Shown here in pieces: positions 1-12,561 of a DNA stretch of 64,000 nt. Position 1 is the stretch's first letter; every line of letters begins with the position of its first letter. This DNA comes from Enterobacter phage EC-F2. A model generated the notes under the pieces. The model was given only the letters and a program-made list of their open reading frames with translations, was not told the origin of the DNA and searched no databases. Location: the sequence record MN508624.2; one strand, 5' to 3'. Both the position numbers and the translations under genes were made by a program.

Positions 1-2341
<2,341 letters not shown>

Positions 2342-2359
2342 ATTAGAGGAAATTCTATA

Positions 2360-4351
2360 ATGGCTTTACAATCTCCAGGTATTGAAACCAAAGAAACATC
2401 GGTACAATCTACCGTTGTTCGAAATTCAACTGGTCGCGCTGCCATTGTCGGTAAATTTTCATGGGGGCCAGCTTATCAGATCCGTCAGATTTCTAACGAA
2501 GTCGAAATGGTAAACTATTTTGGTTCCCCAGACAACTTGACCGCTGACTATTTCATGAGTGCTGTTAACTTCTTGCAGTACGGTAATGATCTCCGTGTGG
2601 TTCGCGTTGTCGATAAAGATGCCGCTAAAAACGCAAGCGCAATTTTCAACCAGATCAAAACAACTATCGCATCACAGGGTTCTAACTACACTGTAAACGA
2701 TGTGATTAAAGTAAAATACAACAACGTTGTTGTAGAAGAAAACGGTAAAGTGTCCAAAGTTGACAGTAACGGCAAGATCCTCGCGGTAATCATCCCAAGC
2801 GAAAAAATCGTTGCCCGTGCTAAACAGATTGGTACTTACCCAGATATTTCTACTGGCTGGACTACCGAAATTGTTTCTCAGTCTTCCGGTGTTTCCGCGT
2901 CTATTACGATTGACGGCATCGAAAGCGATTCAGGGATCACTCTGTTGAACCTGGATATTGCAAAAGAAACAATTCAGGGAACCGCATTCCAGACTCTTAC
3001 CCAGAAATATCAGATCCCGTCTGTCGTGGCTCTGTATCCTGGTGAACTGGGTTCAACTGTTCAGGTGGAGATTATCTCCAAAGCTGCTTACGATTCTGGC
3101 GCTATGATTTCAGGCTACCCTTCTGGGGTTTCCGTTAAGAACAGCGGTCGTTCTGTAATGACCTACGGGCCACAGACCGATAACCAGTACGCTTTTGTTG
3201 TGCGTCGTGGTGGTATTGTACAGGAATCCTTCATCGTGTCAACTGAGAAGACCGATAAAGATATCTACGGCGTAAACATCTTCATGGATGACTTTTTCGC
3301 TAACGGTGGCTCTCAGTACGTTTACGGTACTTCCCTGAACTGGCCTAAAGGCTTCTCCGGTATCCTTGAGTTCGGCGGTGGTTTGTCCTCAAACGACACT
3401 GTAGGCGCTGATGAACTGATGACTGGTTGGGATATGTTCGCTGATCGTGAAGCGCTGCATGTACCTCTGCTGATTGCTGGTGCGTGTGCTGGTGAAACTG
3501 TAGAGATCATGTCTACCGTCCAGAAACACGTTATCTCTATCGGTGATGAACGTCAGGATTGTACTGTGTTTGTGTCGCCTCCGCGCTCTCTGATGGTGAA
3601 TATTCCACTGGCAACAGCGGTTGATAACATCATTGAATGGCGTACTGGATATAAACTCAGTGGTGGTACTCCGGTTGACAATAACCTGAACGTAAGTTCA
3701 AGCTATGGCTTCCTGGATGGTAACTATAAATATCAGTATGATAAATACAATGACGTGAACCGTTGGGTTCCGCTGGCAGGTGATATCGCTGGCCTGTGTG
3801 TTTACACTGATAGCGTTGCTCAACCGTGGATGTCTCCAGCAGGTTACAACCGTGGTCAGATCCGCAACTGTATCAAACTGGCTATCGAACCGCGCACAGC
3901 ACATCGTGACGCAATGTATCAGGTTCAGATTAACCCGGTAACTGGTTTCGCGGGTGGTTCCGGCTTCGTTCTGTTCGGTGATAAAACACTGACTAACGTA
4001 CCGAGTCCATTTGACCGTATCAACGTTCGTCGCTTGTTCAACATGATCAAGAAAGACATCGGTGATAACGCGAAATACAAACTGTTTGAAAACAACGACG
4101 ATTTCACCCGTTCTTCGTTCCGTATGGATACAGGTCAGTACATGACTAATATTCGTGCGCTGGGTGGCTGCTACGATTACCGTGTAATCTGCGACACCAC
4201 GAACAACACACCGGACGTAATCGACCGTAACGAGTTTGTAGCAACGATCTACGTGAAACCGCCTCGTTCTATCAACTACATCACTCTGAACTTCGTAGCA
4301 ACGTCTACGGGCGCAGATTTCGATGAACTGGTAGGGCCGCAAGCCGTATAA
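2360..4351 (+). CDS. 18: Tail sheath protein (gp18)
   Basis: 663 aa, T4 gp18-like in size and position, sitting between 17 and 19. Confidence 0.85.
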   Translation: MALQSPGIETKETSVQSTVVRNSTGRAAIVGKFSWGPAYQIRQISNEVEMVNYFGSPDNLTADYFMSAVNFLQYGNDLRVVRVVDKDAAKNASAIFNQIKTTIASQGSNYTVNDVIKVKYNNVVVEENGKVSKVDSNGKILAVIIPSEKIVARAKQIGTYPDISTGWTTEIVSQSSGVSASITIDGIESDSGITLLNLDIAKETIQGTAFQTLTQKYQIPSVVALYPGELGSTVQVEIISKAAYDSGAMISGYPSGVSVKNSGRSVMTYGPQTDNQYAFVVRRGGIVQESFIVSTEKTDKDIYGVNIFMDDFFANGGSQYVYGTSLNWPKGFSGILEFGGGLSSNDTVGADELMTGWDMFADREALHVPLLIAGACAGETVEIMSTVQKHVISIGDERQDCTVFVSPPRSLMVNIPLATAVDNIIEWRTGYKLSGGTPVDNNLNVSSSYGFLDGNYKYQYDKYNDVNRWVPLAGDIAGLCVYTDSVAQPWMSPAGYNRGQIRNCIKLAIEPRTAHRDAMYQVQINPVTGFAGGSGFVLFGDKTLTNVPSPFDRINVRRLFNMIKKDIGDNAKYKLFENNDDFTRSSFRMDTGQYMTNIRALGGCYDYRVICDTTNNTPDVIDRNEFVATIYVKPPRSINYITLNFVATSTGADFDELVGPQAV

Positions 4352-4396
4352 CGTCAAGGGGGCTGAAAAGCCCCCATAAATAATCCGAGGTTAAAA

Positions 4397-4882
4397 ATGC
4401 TTACTGACATTTTACGCGCCTTTGAATCCGGTGATTTCGCACGTCCGAACCTGTTCGAAGTAGAGATCCCGTATCTGGGCAAAAACTTTAAATTCAAGTG
4501 TAAAGCGGCAACCATGCCAGCGGCTACAGTTGAAAAAGTTCCGGTAGGATACCAAAACCGCAAAATCAATGTTGCTGGTGACCGTACCTATGATGACTGG
4601 ACAATCACGATCTATAACGATGACGCGCATAATACGCGTGACGCTCTGGTAGCATGGTCAAACATGATGCACGGAATGGGCGATCAGATTAGTGGTGATA
4701 TTCCAGCGAACTACAAAAAAACCGCTACGGTGAAACAGAAAAACCGTAACGATGAAATTACCGCCGAACATACCATTCACGGTCTTTTCCCTACTAACGT
4801 AGGCGAAGTTACCCTGGACTGGGACAGCAACAACGAAGTGTCAACCTTTGAGGTTACTTTCGCGCTGGACTGGTGGGAATAA
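4397..4882 (+). CDS. 19: Tail tube protein (gp19)
   Basis: 161 aa (T4 gp19 is 163 aa), in the conserved position after gene 18. Confidence 0.85.
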   Translation: MLTDILRAFESGDFARPNLFEVEIPYLGKNFKFKCKAATMPAATVEKVPVGYQNRKINVAGDRTYDDWTITIYNDDAHNTRDALVAWSNMMHGMGDQISGDIPANYKKTATVKQKNRNDEITAEHTIHGLFPTNVGEVTLDWDSNNEVSTFEVTFALDWWE

Positions 4883-4886
4883 AGGC

Positions 4887-4894
4887 TATAAATA
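4887..4894 (+). promoter_or_regulatory. T4-type late promoter TATAAATA upstream of gene 20, followed by a hairpin
   Basis: Exact TATAAATA. AGGGGTAGCAATACCCCT hairpin plus T-run at 4896-4925. Confidence 0.5.
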
Positions 4895-4935
4895 CAGGGG
4901 TAGCAATACCCCTATCATTATTTTTCGGAGTTACT

Positions 4936-6510
4936 ATGAACTTTTTGGGCTTTGGCAATGTACTTAGCTTTTTCAAGAATTTCGCCCGTGAGGACGAATT
5001 AGATCTTGAACAGCAATTAAAAAATGATGCAGGTTCGATCGCGCCTCCTAAAAATAATGATGGTGCTTATGAAATCGAAACTGATCTGACTAATCAGAAA
5101 TACGCAAGCGTATTCCAGCAGTTTTATTCTGGACAAGATCCGGCGATTCAGAACAAAGAACAATTAATCAATACATATCGCGGCATCATGTCTTACCCAG
5201 AAGTAGAAAACGCTGTTTCTGAAATTATTGACGATGCGATCGTGAATGAACAGGGCAAAGATATCATTACTTTGGATCTTGCCAAAACAGATTTTAGTAA
5301 GGCGATTCAGGACAAAATCGTAGAAGAATTTGATAACGTTCTAAATATCTATGATTTTGATAACATGGGTGCGCGTCTGTTCCGTGATTGGTATGTGGAT
5401 TCCCGTATCTACTTCCATAAAATCATGCATAAAGACGAAAGCAAAGGTATCCGCGAACTGCGTCAACTTGATCCGCGTTCGATGGAACTGATCCGCGAAT
5501 CTATCACTGAAACCCTCGATGGTGGCGTGAAAGTATTCCGTGGTTATCGCGAATTTTTCGTGTATAGCGCTCCTAAAAATGGCTATACATACAACGGGCA
5601 GATCTACCAGCATAACCAGAAGGTTAAAATCCCGCGCTCCGCTATCGTGTATGCGCATTCTGGTCTGGAAGATTGCAGTAACAACATTATCGGATATCTG
5701 CACCGCGCAGTCAAGCCAGCAAACCAATTGCGTTTACTGGAAGATGCGATGGTCATCTACCGTATCACCCGCGCACCTGAACGCCGTGTGTTCTACATCG
5801 ATGTAGGTCAGATGGGTGGCAACAAAGCGACACAGTACGTAAATAACATCGCACAGGGGCTTAAAAACCGCGTTGTGTACGATGCTAAAACGGGTACTGT
5901 TAAGAACCAGCAAAACAACCTGTCAATGACAGAAGATTACTGGTTAATGCGTCGTGACGGTAAAGCTATCACCGAAGTAGACACGCTTCCAGGCGGTGCT
6001 AACTTCTCTGATATGGATGATATCAAATGGTTTAACCGTAAGCTCTATGAAGCACTGCGTGTGCCATTAAGCCGTATGCCTCGCGATGATGGGGGTATGC
6101 AAATTGGTGGTGGTGGCGAAATCACCCGTGATGAACTGAAATTCAGTAAGTTTATCCGCACACTGCAAATTCAGTTCAGCCCTGTGCTTTCCGATCCGTT
6201 AAAAACTAACCTGATCGCGAAAAAAATCATCACAGAGGAAGAATGGGAAGAAAACGTTAGCAAAATTTCCTTCATTTTCCAGCAAGATTCATATTACGCG
6301 GAAGTGAAAGATATTGAGATTATGGAACGTCGCCTAACGTTGATGTCACAGGTTGAAGGTGTAGTTGGGAAATATGTCTCCCATAAATACATCATGAAAG
6401 AGATTCTTCGAATGTCTGATGAAGACATTGACGAACAAGCGAAGCTGATCGAAGAAGAATCCAAAGAAGAACGGTTCAAAAATCCCGAAGAGGAAGAGGA
6501 AAACTTTTGA
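4936..6510 (+). CDS. 20: Portal vertex protein (gp20)
   Basis: Collinear with T4 gp20 (HSGLEDC..NIIGYLHRAVKPANQL..LEDA..IYRITRAPERRV). I chose the internal ATG at 4936, which has a GGAG RBS and gives MNFLGFGNVLSFF aligning with T4 MKFNVLSLF. The ORF-track start at 4873 lies inside the promoter/hairpin region. Confidence 0.9.
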   Translation: MNFLGFGNVLSFFKNFAREDELDLEQQLKNDAGSIAPPKNNDGAYEIETDLTNQKYASVFQQFYSGQDPAIQNKEQLINTYRGIMSYPEVENAVSEIIDDAIVNEQGKDIITLDLAKTDFSKAIQDKIVEEFDNVLNIYDFDNMGARLFRDWYVDSRIYFHKIMHKDESKGIRELRQLDPRSMELIRESITETLDGGVKVFRGYREFFVYSAPKNGYTYNGQIYQHNQKVKIPRSAIVYAHSGLEDCSNNIIGYLHRAVKPANQLRLLEDAMVIYRITRAPERRVFYIDVGQMGGNKATQYVNNIAQGLKNRVVYDAKTGTVKNQQNNLSMTEDYWLMRRDGKAITEVDTLPGGANFSDMDDIKWFNRKLYEALRVPLSRMPRDDGGMQIGGGGEITRDELKFSKFIRTLQIQFSPVLSDPLKTNLIAKKIITEEEWEENVSKISFIFQQDSYYAEVKDIEIMERRLTLMSQVEGVVGKYVSHKYIMKEILRMSDEDIDEQAKLIEEESKEERFKNPEEEEENF

Positions 6511-6764
6511 TGAAAGAATTTATCGAAGCAATCAAAAGCGGTGATCTGGTGGAAGCGAAGAAGCAATTCTATTCCATCATGGAAGACCGTACCGAAGCCC
6601 TTCGCCAAGAAATGCGCGTTGAACTCGCGGAAGCTGTACGCATCGAAGGTGAAACCGACGATGACGACAACGATGACGATGACGACGACAAAGGCGGCGA
6701 TGATAAAGGCGACGACAAAGACAAAAAGCCGTCTGATAAAAAAGACGACGATAAAGACGAATAA
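6510..6764 (+). CDS. 67: Prohead core protein (gp67) with a poly-Asp/Lys acidic tail
   Basis: About 84 aa. The N-terminal half resembles T4 gp67 (SGDLVEAKKQF...MEDRTEAL..EMR). The C-terminus is DDDDNDDDDDDKGGDDKGDDKDKK. Its ATG overlaps the gene 20 stop (TGATG). Confidence 0.7.
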   Translation: MKEFIEAIKSGDLVEAKKQFYSIMEDRTEALRQEMRVELAEAVRIEGETDDDDNDDDDDDKGGDDKGDDKDKKPSDKKDDDKDE

Positions 6765-6776
6765 GAGGTGTAAATA

Positions 6777-7184
6777 ATGCAACTCGAACTCGAAGAAATC
6801 AGCGTCGAAGATCTCGAACCCCATTTAACCGAAGCGAAAGCCCGTGTTGATGTTCTGGGGATCGATGACGGCACTGTGAAGATCATCGAAAATTTGGCGG
6901 TCAATGAACCTCATTTAGCCCTGGCTATGATGTCCATTGTCGAGGGTTTGAGTTTAGATGAAGTCATTGTTAAACACGTAGATTCGCGCGGTAATGTGGA
7001 ACGTAAAAAAGACCGTAAAACCCGTGAACGTAATGCGTACCAAACAACTGGTTTAACTAAATCTCAACGTCGCCAAATTGCGCGTCGTGCGCTAAAAACA
7101 AAACGTGCAAACCCTTCTATTACAACCCGCGCACAGCGTAAGCGTAAAAAAGCGCTCCGTAAACGCGCCGCATTAGGGCTATAA
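6777..7184 (+). CDS. 68: Prohead core protein (gp68)
   Basis: 135 aa, sits between 67 and 21 as in T4, with a basic C-terminus. Confidence 0.7.
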   Translation: MQLELEEISVEDLEPHLTEAKARVDVLGIDDGTVKIIENLAVNEPHLALAMMSIVEGLSLDEVIVKHVDSRGNVERKKDRKTRERNAYQTTGLTKSQRRQIARRALKTKRANPSITTRAQRKRKKALRKRAALGL

Positions 7185-7186
7185 AT

Positions 7187-7846
7187 ATGAATGAATCCCA
7201 ACTCAATGAAAACGGCGATATGCTGCTAATCGAGGAATGGGGTTTACCTTGTGCGGATATTTCCGATTCGATTTTAGAATCGGTCGGTGAGTCGAAAAAA
7301 GACGGTAAACTTCGGATTGAAGGTATTTTCCTCCAGGCCGAAAAAGTTAACCGCAATAAGCGACTGTATCCGAAAAAAGTATTAGAAGAAGCAGTAAACG
7401 ATTATATCAGAACTCAGGTTAATACCCGTCAAGCTCTGGGTGAAATGAATCACCCGCCGCGACCGAATGTCGATCCGCGTAATGCTTGCATCCTAATTGA
7501 AAAATTATGGTGGAAAGGTAATGACGTTTGGGGTCGCGCTGTTGTTGTCGAAGGTGATAACGGTGATGGGGATAAACTCGCGGCGTTAATTCGCGCAGGT
7601 TGGGTTCCAGGTGTTTCTTCTCGCGGACTGGGTAAACTTTCCGATTCTGGAAAAGGTTACGGTATCGTACAAGAAGGGTTTAAATTGGCGGTGGGCGTTG
7701 ATGTTGTTTGGGGGCCAAGCGCTCCAGATGCTTACGTTAAGCCGATTACCGAATCTCAGTCAAGCAAAACGCTTGTTGAGAATAATAGTGCTGATGATGA
7801 CGCTTTCAGAAAACTCTCTGAACGTTTGAAAAGTCTATATAAATAA
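7187..7846 (+). CDS. 21: Prohead core protease (gp21)
   Basis: 219 aa (T4 gp21 is 212 aa), in the conserved position. It belongs to the HK97/herpes-like serine protease family by context. Confidence 0.85.
   Translation: MNESQLNENGDMLLIEEWGLPCADISDSILESVGESKKDGKLRIEGIFLQAEKVNRNKRLYPKKVLEEAVNDYIRTQVNTRQALGEMNHPPRPNVDPRNACILIEKLWWKGNDVWGRAVVVEGDNGDGDKLAALIRAGWVPGVSSRGLGKLSDSGKGYGIVQEGFKLAVGVDVVWGPSAPDAYVKPITESQSSKTLVENNSADDDAFRKLSERLKSLYK
7838..7845 (+). promoter_or_regulatory. T4-type late promoter TATAAATA upstream of gene 22
   Basis: Exact consensus 28 nt upstream of the ATG. Confidence 0.6.
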
Positions 7847-7872
7847 TATCATATCAAACAGGAAACTTAGAA

Positions 7873-8667
7873 ATGCTTAAAGAACAACTGTTGGCAGAAG
7901 CCCAGAACCTGGATACCCCAGTTGAGTTAGACAGCATTTTCGAATCAGTTGAACTTTCTGATGATGCGAAAGCAAACTTCACCACTGTATTCGAACAAGC
8001 TGTAAAAGCAGGTGCTGCGAAACTCGCTGAAACCCACATCGCCCAGATCGCGGAACGCTCCGATGAACTGGTTGAAGCCCAGGTTGCCGAAAAAGCTGGC
8101 GAAATCGAAAATAAACTGTACGAAGATGCGAATAAATACTTCGACCACATCGCGCAGGAATGGCTCTCTGAAAACAAAGAAGCTGTGTCCCGTGATATCA
8201 AGGCCGATCTGTTCGAATCTCTGGTAATGGGAATGAAAGAACTGTTCGTTGAACACAACGTAGTTATCCCAGAAGCGCAGGTTGATGTTGTTGCAGAACT
8301 CGAAGATGAACTGACCGAGAATCAGCAGGAAGTTAAACGCCTGTTCGAAGCTAATCAGGCTCAGGCTAAAGAGATCGCCAACATGAAACGCGATACCATC
8401 GTTTCAGAAAAAACAAAAGATCTGACTGAATCGCAAATTGAAAAGGTTCAGAACCTGATCGAAGGTTTGGAATATTCCGACAAGTTCGAATCCAAACTGA
8501 CCGCAATCGTTGAAATGGTAGCGACTAAAGCGGAAAAACAGGTTGAAGAGAGTACCACTACTCAGACAACCACTAAAGATGACTTTGTTCCGGTGAATGA
8601 AAATACACCTCCAGCAGAGAAATCGAAGATCAATAAATATGTACAAGCGGCTAAAGCCCTTTCCTAA
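7873..8667 (+). CDS. 22: Prohead core scaffolding protein (gp22)
   Basis: 264 aa, acidic and coiled-coil rich, between 21 and 23. A TATAAATA motif lies 28 nt upstream. Confidence 0.85.
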   Translation: MLKEQLLAEAQNLDTPVELDSIFESVELSDDAKANFTTVFEQAVKAGAAKLAETHIAQIAERSDELVEAQVAEKAGEIENKLYEDANKYFDHIAQEWLSENKEAVSRDIKADLFESLVMGMKELFVEHNVVIPEAQVDVVAELEDELTENQQEVKRLFEANQAQAKEIANMKRDTIVSEKTKDLTESQIEKVQNLIEGLEYSDKFESKLTAIVEMVATKAEKQVEESTTTQTTTKDDFVPVNENTPPAEKSKINKYVQAAKALS

Positions 8668-8686
8668 TCTTATAAGGTAAGAAACA

Positions 8687-10261
8687 ATGTCTAAGAAAAA
8701 CGAATTGATGGAAAAATGGAACGATCTTCTGGAATCTCAGGAAGGTTTACCGGATATCGCTACCAAATCCAAAAAACAACTGGTTGCAGCAATTCTGGAA
8801 ACTCAGGAAAAGGATGCTGATACTGATCCAGTATATCGCGACGAAAAAATCATTGAATCCTTCGGCGGTTTCCTGGCGGAAGCAGAGATCGCGGGTGACC
8901 ACGGTTACGACGCAACCAACATTGCCTCTGGTAAATCCAGCGGTGCAATCACCAACATCGGCCCTGCTGTAATCGGTATGGTTCGCCGTGCGATTCCTAA
9001 CCTGATCGCATTCGACATTTGCGGTGTTCAGCCTATGACTGGCCCTACTGGTCAGGTGTTCGCACTCCGTGCTGTATACGGTAAAGATCCTCTGGCTGGC
9101 GGTACTCCTGCAAACGTTCGTGAAGCATTCCATCCGATGTTCGCTCCAGACACCATGTATTCTGGTGAAGGTGCAAACACCGCGTTTGCTGCTATCGCAA
9201 CTGGTGTTGCTATCGCTTCCGGTGCTATCGTCAAGCACACCTTCAAGGAAACTGGTATTGCGTACTTCCAGAACGTAACCTCCGGCAACGTAACCGTAAC
9301 TGGTGCTGATGCTGCTGCTCTGGATGCTGCTGTAATCGCAGAAAACGAGAAAGGCACTCTGGCTGAAATTTCCGAAGGTATGGCTACCAGCGTAGCAGAA
9401 CTCCAGGAAAACTTCAACGGTTCAAGCTCTAACCCGTGGAACGAAATGGCTTTCCGTATCGACAAACAGGTTATCGAAGCTCGTAGCCGTCAACTGAAAG
9501 CACAGTATTCCGTTGAACTGGCGCAGGATCTTCGCGCTGTACACGGTATGGACGCTGACGCCGAACTGTCTGCAATTCTGGCAACTGAAATCATGCTGGA
9601 AATCAACCGCGAAATCGTTGACCTGATCAACTACACCGCGCAGATTGGTAAAACTGGTTTCACCCAGACCGTAGGCTCTAAAGCTGGTGCGTTTGACTTC
9701 CAAGATCCAGTAGATATTCGCGGCGCTCGTTGGGCTGGTGAAAGCTATAAAGCTCTGCTGATTCAGATCGACAAAGAAGCGAACGAAATCGCACGTCAAA
9801 CTGGTCGTGGTGCTGGTAACTTCATCATCGCTTCCCGTAACGTGGTTTCCGCTCTGGCTCGTATCGACAGCGGCATCACTCCGGCAGGTCAGGGTCTCCA
9901 GAAAACTCTGAACGTAGACACCACTAAAGCGGTATTCGCTGGTGTACTGGGTGGCACTTACAAAGTGTACATCGACCAGTACGCTCGCCAGGATTACTTC
10001 ACCGTGGGCTACAAGGGTGATAACGAAATGGATGCTGGTATCTACTACGCTCCATACGTTGCGCTGACTCCGCTGCGTGGTTCTGATCCTAAGAACTTCC
10101 AGCCAGTAATGGGCTTCAAAACTCGTTACGGTATCGGCATCAACCCGTTTGCGAACTCTCGCTCTCAGGCTCCGGCAGATCGTATCACCTCTGGTATGAT
10201 CAGCAAAGAAATGTGCGGTAAAAACGCATACTTCCGCCGCGTGTGGGTTAAGGGCTTATAA
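8687..10261 (+). CDS. 23: Major capsid protein (gp23)
   Basis: 524 aa (T4 gp23 is 521 aa), in the conserved position. A strong hairpin/T-run terminator follows it. Confidence 0.95.
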   Translation: MSKKNELMEKWNDLLESQEGLPDIATKSKKQLVAAILETQEKDADTDPVYRDEKIIESFGGFLAEAEIAGDHGYDATNIASGKSSGAITNIGPAVIGMVRRAIPNLIAFDICGVQPMTGPTGQVFALRAVYGKDPLAGGTPANVREAFHPMFAPDTMYSGEGANTAFAAIATGVAIASGAIVKHTFKETGIAYFQNVTSGNVTVTGADAAALDAAVIAENEKGTLAEISEGMATSVAELQENFNGSSSNPWNEMAFRIDKQVIEARSRQLKAQYSVELAQDLRAVHGMDADAELSAILATEIMLEINREIVDLINYTAQIGKTGFTQTVGSKAGAFDFQDPVDIRGARWAGESYKALLIQIDKEANEIARQTGRGAGNFIIASRNVVSALARIDSGITPAGQGLQKTLNVDTTKAVFAGVLGGTYKVYIDQYARQDYFTVGYKGDNEMDAGIYYAPYVALTPLRGSDPKNFQPVMGFKTRYGIGINPFANSRSQAPADRITSGMISKEMCGKNAYFRRVWVKGL

Positions 10262-10285
10262 GTTGTTGAAAAACAACGACTTTTT

Positions 10286-10312
10286 AAAGGGAACCTTCGG
10301 GTTCCCTTTTTG
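10286..10312 (+). terminator. Rho-independent terminator after gene 23
   Basis: AAAGGGAACCTTCGGGTTCCCTTT followed by TTGTTT. Confidence 0.8.
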
Positions 10313-10316
10313 TTTA

Positions 10317-10324
10317 TATAAATA
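10317..10324 (+). promoter_or_regulatory. T4-type late promoter TATAAATA upstream of the segD-like gene
   Basis: Exact consensus 24 nt upstream of the ATG. Confidence 0.55.
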
Positions 10325-10347
10325 ATGAAAACTATTGAGGCTATATT

Positions 10348-10983
10348 ATGAAACACATCATTTATAAAATAACAAACACTATAAACAATAGGATCTATAT
10401 CGGCGCACATTCGACTGATGATATTAACGATTCATACATGGGTTCTGGTAAAGCAATCAAAGCGGCCCAACGAAAATATGGAATTGACAACTTCGTAAAA
10501 GAGATCTTGTTCGTGTTTGATACAAGAGAAGAAATGTATGAAAAGGAAAGGGAGATTGTAAACCTAGATTTCGTCAATCGTCCAGATGTGTACAATATGG
10601 GTGTGGGTGGTTCTGGTGGCCCTATGCTGGGAATGTTTCATTCAGAAGAAAAGAAACATGAAATATCCAAAAGAACTCGTGAAAGAATGACACCAGAAGT
10701 AAAAGAACGCCTTTCAAAAATAAAAACAGGGAAGAAGCAATCAGAAGAATCCAACAGGAAGCGTTCAGAGACTATCAAAGCTATGTACAAGGGTTCTGCA
10801 TTCGACAGAACCGGATCTAAGCTCACAGACGCGCACAAGGCCAAAATAAGCCGTTCTGTGTCGATAGATGGAGTTGTTTACGCAAGCGGTTCCGATGCTT
10901 CTAAAGCGTTGGGGCTTTCTCGATCTGGCCTCGATTACAGGCTAAAAAGTGACAAGTATCCTGATTGGAAATTTGTTGCATAA
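10348..10983 (+). mobile_element. segD: GIY-YIG homing endonuclease (segD-like), freestanding between genes 23 and 24
   Basis: The N-terminal KITNTINNRIYIGAHS...YMGSG motif is GIY-YIG class. The C-terminal basic region is a DNA-binding tail. It occupies the same slot as T4 segD and is preceded by TATAAATA. Confidence 0.8.
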
Positions 10984-11020
10984 ATACACAATATAATCCT
11001 CTAATTCAGGAACCAAAGAA

Positions 11021-12319
11021 ATGAGTGATAAACACTACACAATTCACAAGTTGATGCGTCAGTCTGCGCTTCCGTCTGGTAAACGAGAAAAAGTTATCAA
11101 CGAAGCAACAGGCACGACCGACATCAACGTACAGAACACGCGCCCAGAACTGGTTTCTTTGACTCGCGCGGTTAACAACCTGATCTATCATGAACTGGTT
11201 GCTGTACAAGAAACAGAACTCCCTGTTGCAACACTGTTCGGTGTTCGCTATCGCAACCCTAATGGTGATATGACTTTCTCCAGTGCTGCAACCTATTCAG
11301 GCCGAATCTCTGGACGTACAGACATCGACGAAATCGATCTGACTAAAGCCTACGTTAAAGGTGATTTGTTCAAGCATGATGGTACTGACGTTGTTTATGA
11401 GGTTATCGCACCGATTACCCTGAACACTCTGGATACTGACAAAGACACCGCGATCATGAAAGCTGTGTTCCAAAGCAAAATTCGACTGGTTAGCGAAGCC
11501 GCTGATACTTCTAAGTATGAAACCAGTGAAGATATCGCGTCAACCTCCTTCCAGATGGATCGCTGGAATATTCCGGTACGCTCGCGTAAGTTTAAAACCG
11601 AAATGACGGTTGAACTGATGCAGGATTTGGAAGCGAACCAGTTCGAAGCTGATGGGGTGATCGAAGACATTCTGGGAACCGTGGCAAGTGAAGAAGTCAA
11701 CAAAGACATTATTCAAACTCTGATCACCGTTTCCAAACGTTACAACGTGGATGGACTCGTTACGGATGGTATTTTTGACGGCACTACCGCATACACCGCG
11801 AAGGATGCTCCAGCATTGGGTCGTATCCTGTATCAATTAGCGTGTGAAATGGGGCAGGAAATGAATAGAACAACTTCATTTGATGCTACCTACGTCCTCG
11901 CTACAGCGCGTGTTGTAGGCATCCTGGCTGCGTCTGGTTGGATGCACGAAACCGACGAACAACACCCACTGGCAACAGGTAAGCTGAACAACGGTTATTA
12001 TGTCTATACAGACACCAACAGCCCGTTCGATTATATGCTGACTGGTTGCAAATATGATCTGGGTGATATGGATCACGTAGGCTCTCTGTTCTTCGCTCCG
12101 TATACCGAAGCTGATGAAGCAGGTTCAATCAAAGTATCCGTAGATCCGGCATCCCTGCAACCGAAAGTTGCTATTCTGATGCGTTACGGTCTTTCCGTGA
12201 ACCCATACACAGCAGAAAGCGAATCCGATCACCTGATCAAAGGTGATGATTGGTCTGCTCTTGCAGGTAAATCTAAGCTGAGTCAGATCGTAGGTATTAA
12301 GTTACCTAAACTGGGTTAA
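11021..12319 (+). CDS. 24: Capsid vertex protein (gp24)
   Basis: 432 aa (T4 gp24 is 427 aa), a gp23 paralogue in the conserved position. Confidence 0.9.
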   Translation: MSDKHYTIHKLMRQSALPSGKREKVINEATGTTDINVQNTRPELVSLTRAVNNLIYHELVAVQETELPVATLFGVRYRNPNGDMTFSSAATYSGRISGRTDIDEIDLTKAYVKGDLFKHDGTDVVYEVIAPITLNTLDTDKDTAIMKAVFQSKIRLVSEAADTSKYETSEDIASTSFQMDRWNIPVRSRKFKTEMTVELMQDLEANQFEADGVIEDILGTVASEEVNKDIIQTLITVSKRYNVDGLVTDGIFDGTTAYTAKDAPALGRILYQLACEMGQEMNRTTSFDATYVLATARVVGILAASGWMHETDEQHPLATGKLNNGYYVYTDTNSPFDYMLTGCKYDLGDMDHVGSLFFAPYTEADEAGSIKVSVDPASLQPKVAILMRYGLSVNPYTAESESDHLIKGDDWSALAGKSKLSQIVGIKLPKLG

Positions 12320-12342
12320 CAAGTTTTGTTTTGAGAAGACCA

Positions 12343-12370
12343 TTATAGTAATAAAGATCTATAAGGTCAA
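12343..12370 (-). promoter_or_regulatory. Mirror-image sigma70-type promoter on the minus strand (TTGACC-16-TATAAT) in the left palindrome arm
   Basis: The reverse complement of 12343-12370 reads TTGACC..N16..TATAAT. It would fire leftwards into the 3' end of gene 24 as antisense. Confidence 0.45.
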
Positions 12371-12548
12371 ACGAGCGAAGCGAGTTTTCACGAACGAAGT
12401 GAGTGATGGGTAAGTACGATGTACTGTTTATAATATTTATATTTTATATATAGAGAAAACAGTACATTTCCGTATACTTTTTAACCAACATTCACTCACT
12501 ACGTTCGTTCATGTACTCGCTTCGCTCGTAGATTTGACTTCTTGATCT
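12355..12548. repeat. ~195-bp imperfect palindrome (long inverted repeat) with an AT-rich centre
   Basis: Arms such as CGAGCGAAGCGAGT, ACGAACGAAGTGAGTGA and GTACTGTTT on the left reappear as reverse complements on the right. A 28-nt AT-rich loop sits at the centre near 12451. Confidence 0.85.
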
Positions 12549-12561
12549 AACTGGTTATAAT
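12534..12561 (+). promoter_or_regulatory. Sigma70-type promoter for uvsY (TTGACT-16-TATAAT) inside the right palindrome arm
   Basis: Near-consensus -35 and -10 hexamers sit 24 nt upstream of the uvsY ATG. Confidence 0.6.

Noticed and set aside
4873-4935. Upstream extension of gene 20 (ORF-track start at 4873)
   Set aside because: The extension would include the late-promoter/hairpin region. The internal ATG at 4936 has a GGAG RBS and aligns with the T4 gp20 N-terminus.
6541-6904. Alternate-frame ORFs over the gp67 poly-Asp tract (Thr/Met-rich +2 frame, Ser-rich minus frame)
   Set aside because: They are artefacts of the GAC/GAT repeat read in other frames.
7180-7187. TATAAATA immediately at the gene 21 start codon as its late promoter
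   Set aside because: The motif overlaps the ATG itself (CTATAAATATGAATG), so a transcript starting ~7 nt downstream would lack the start codon. The motif may be fortuitous, or it may serve only read-through contexts.
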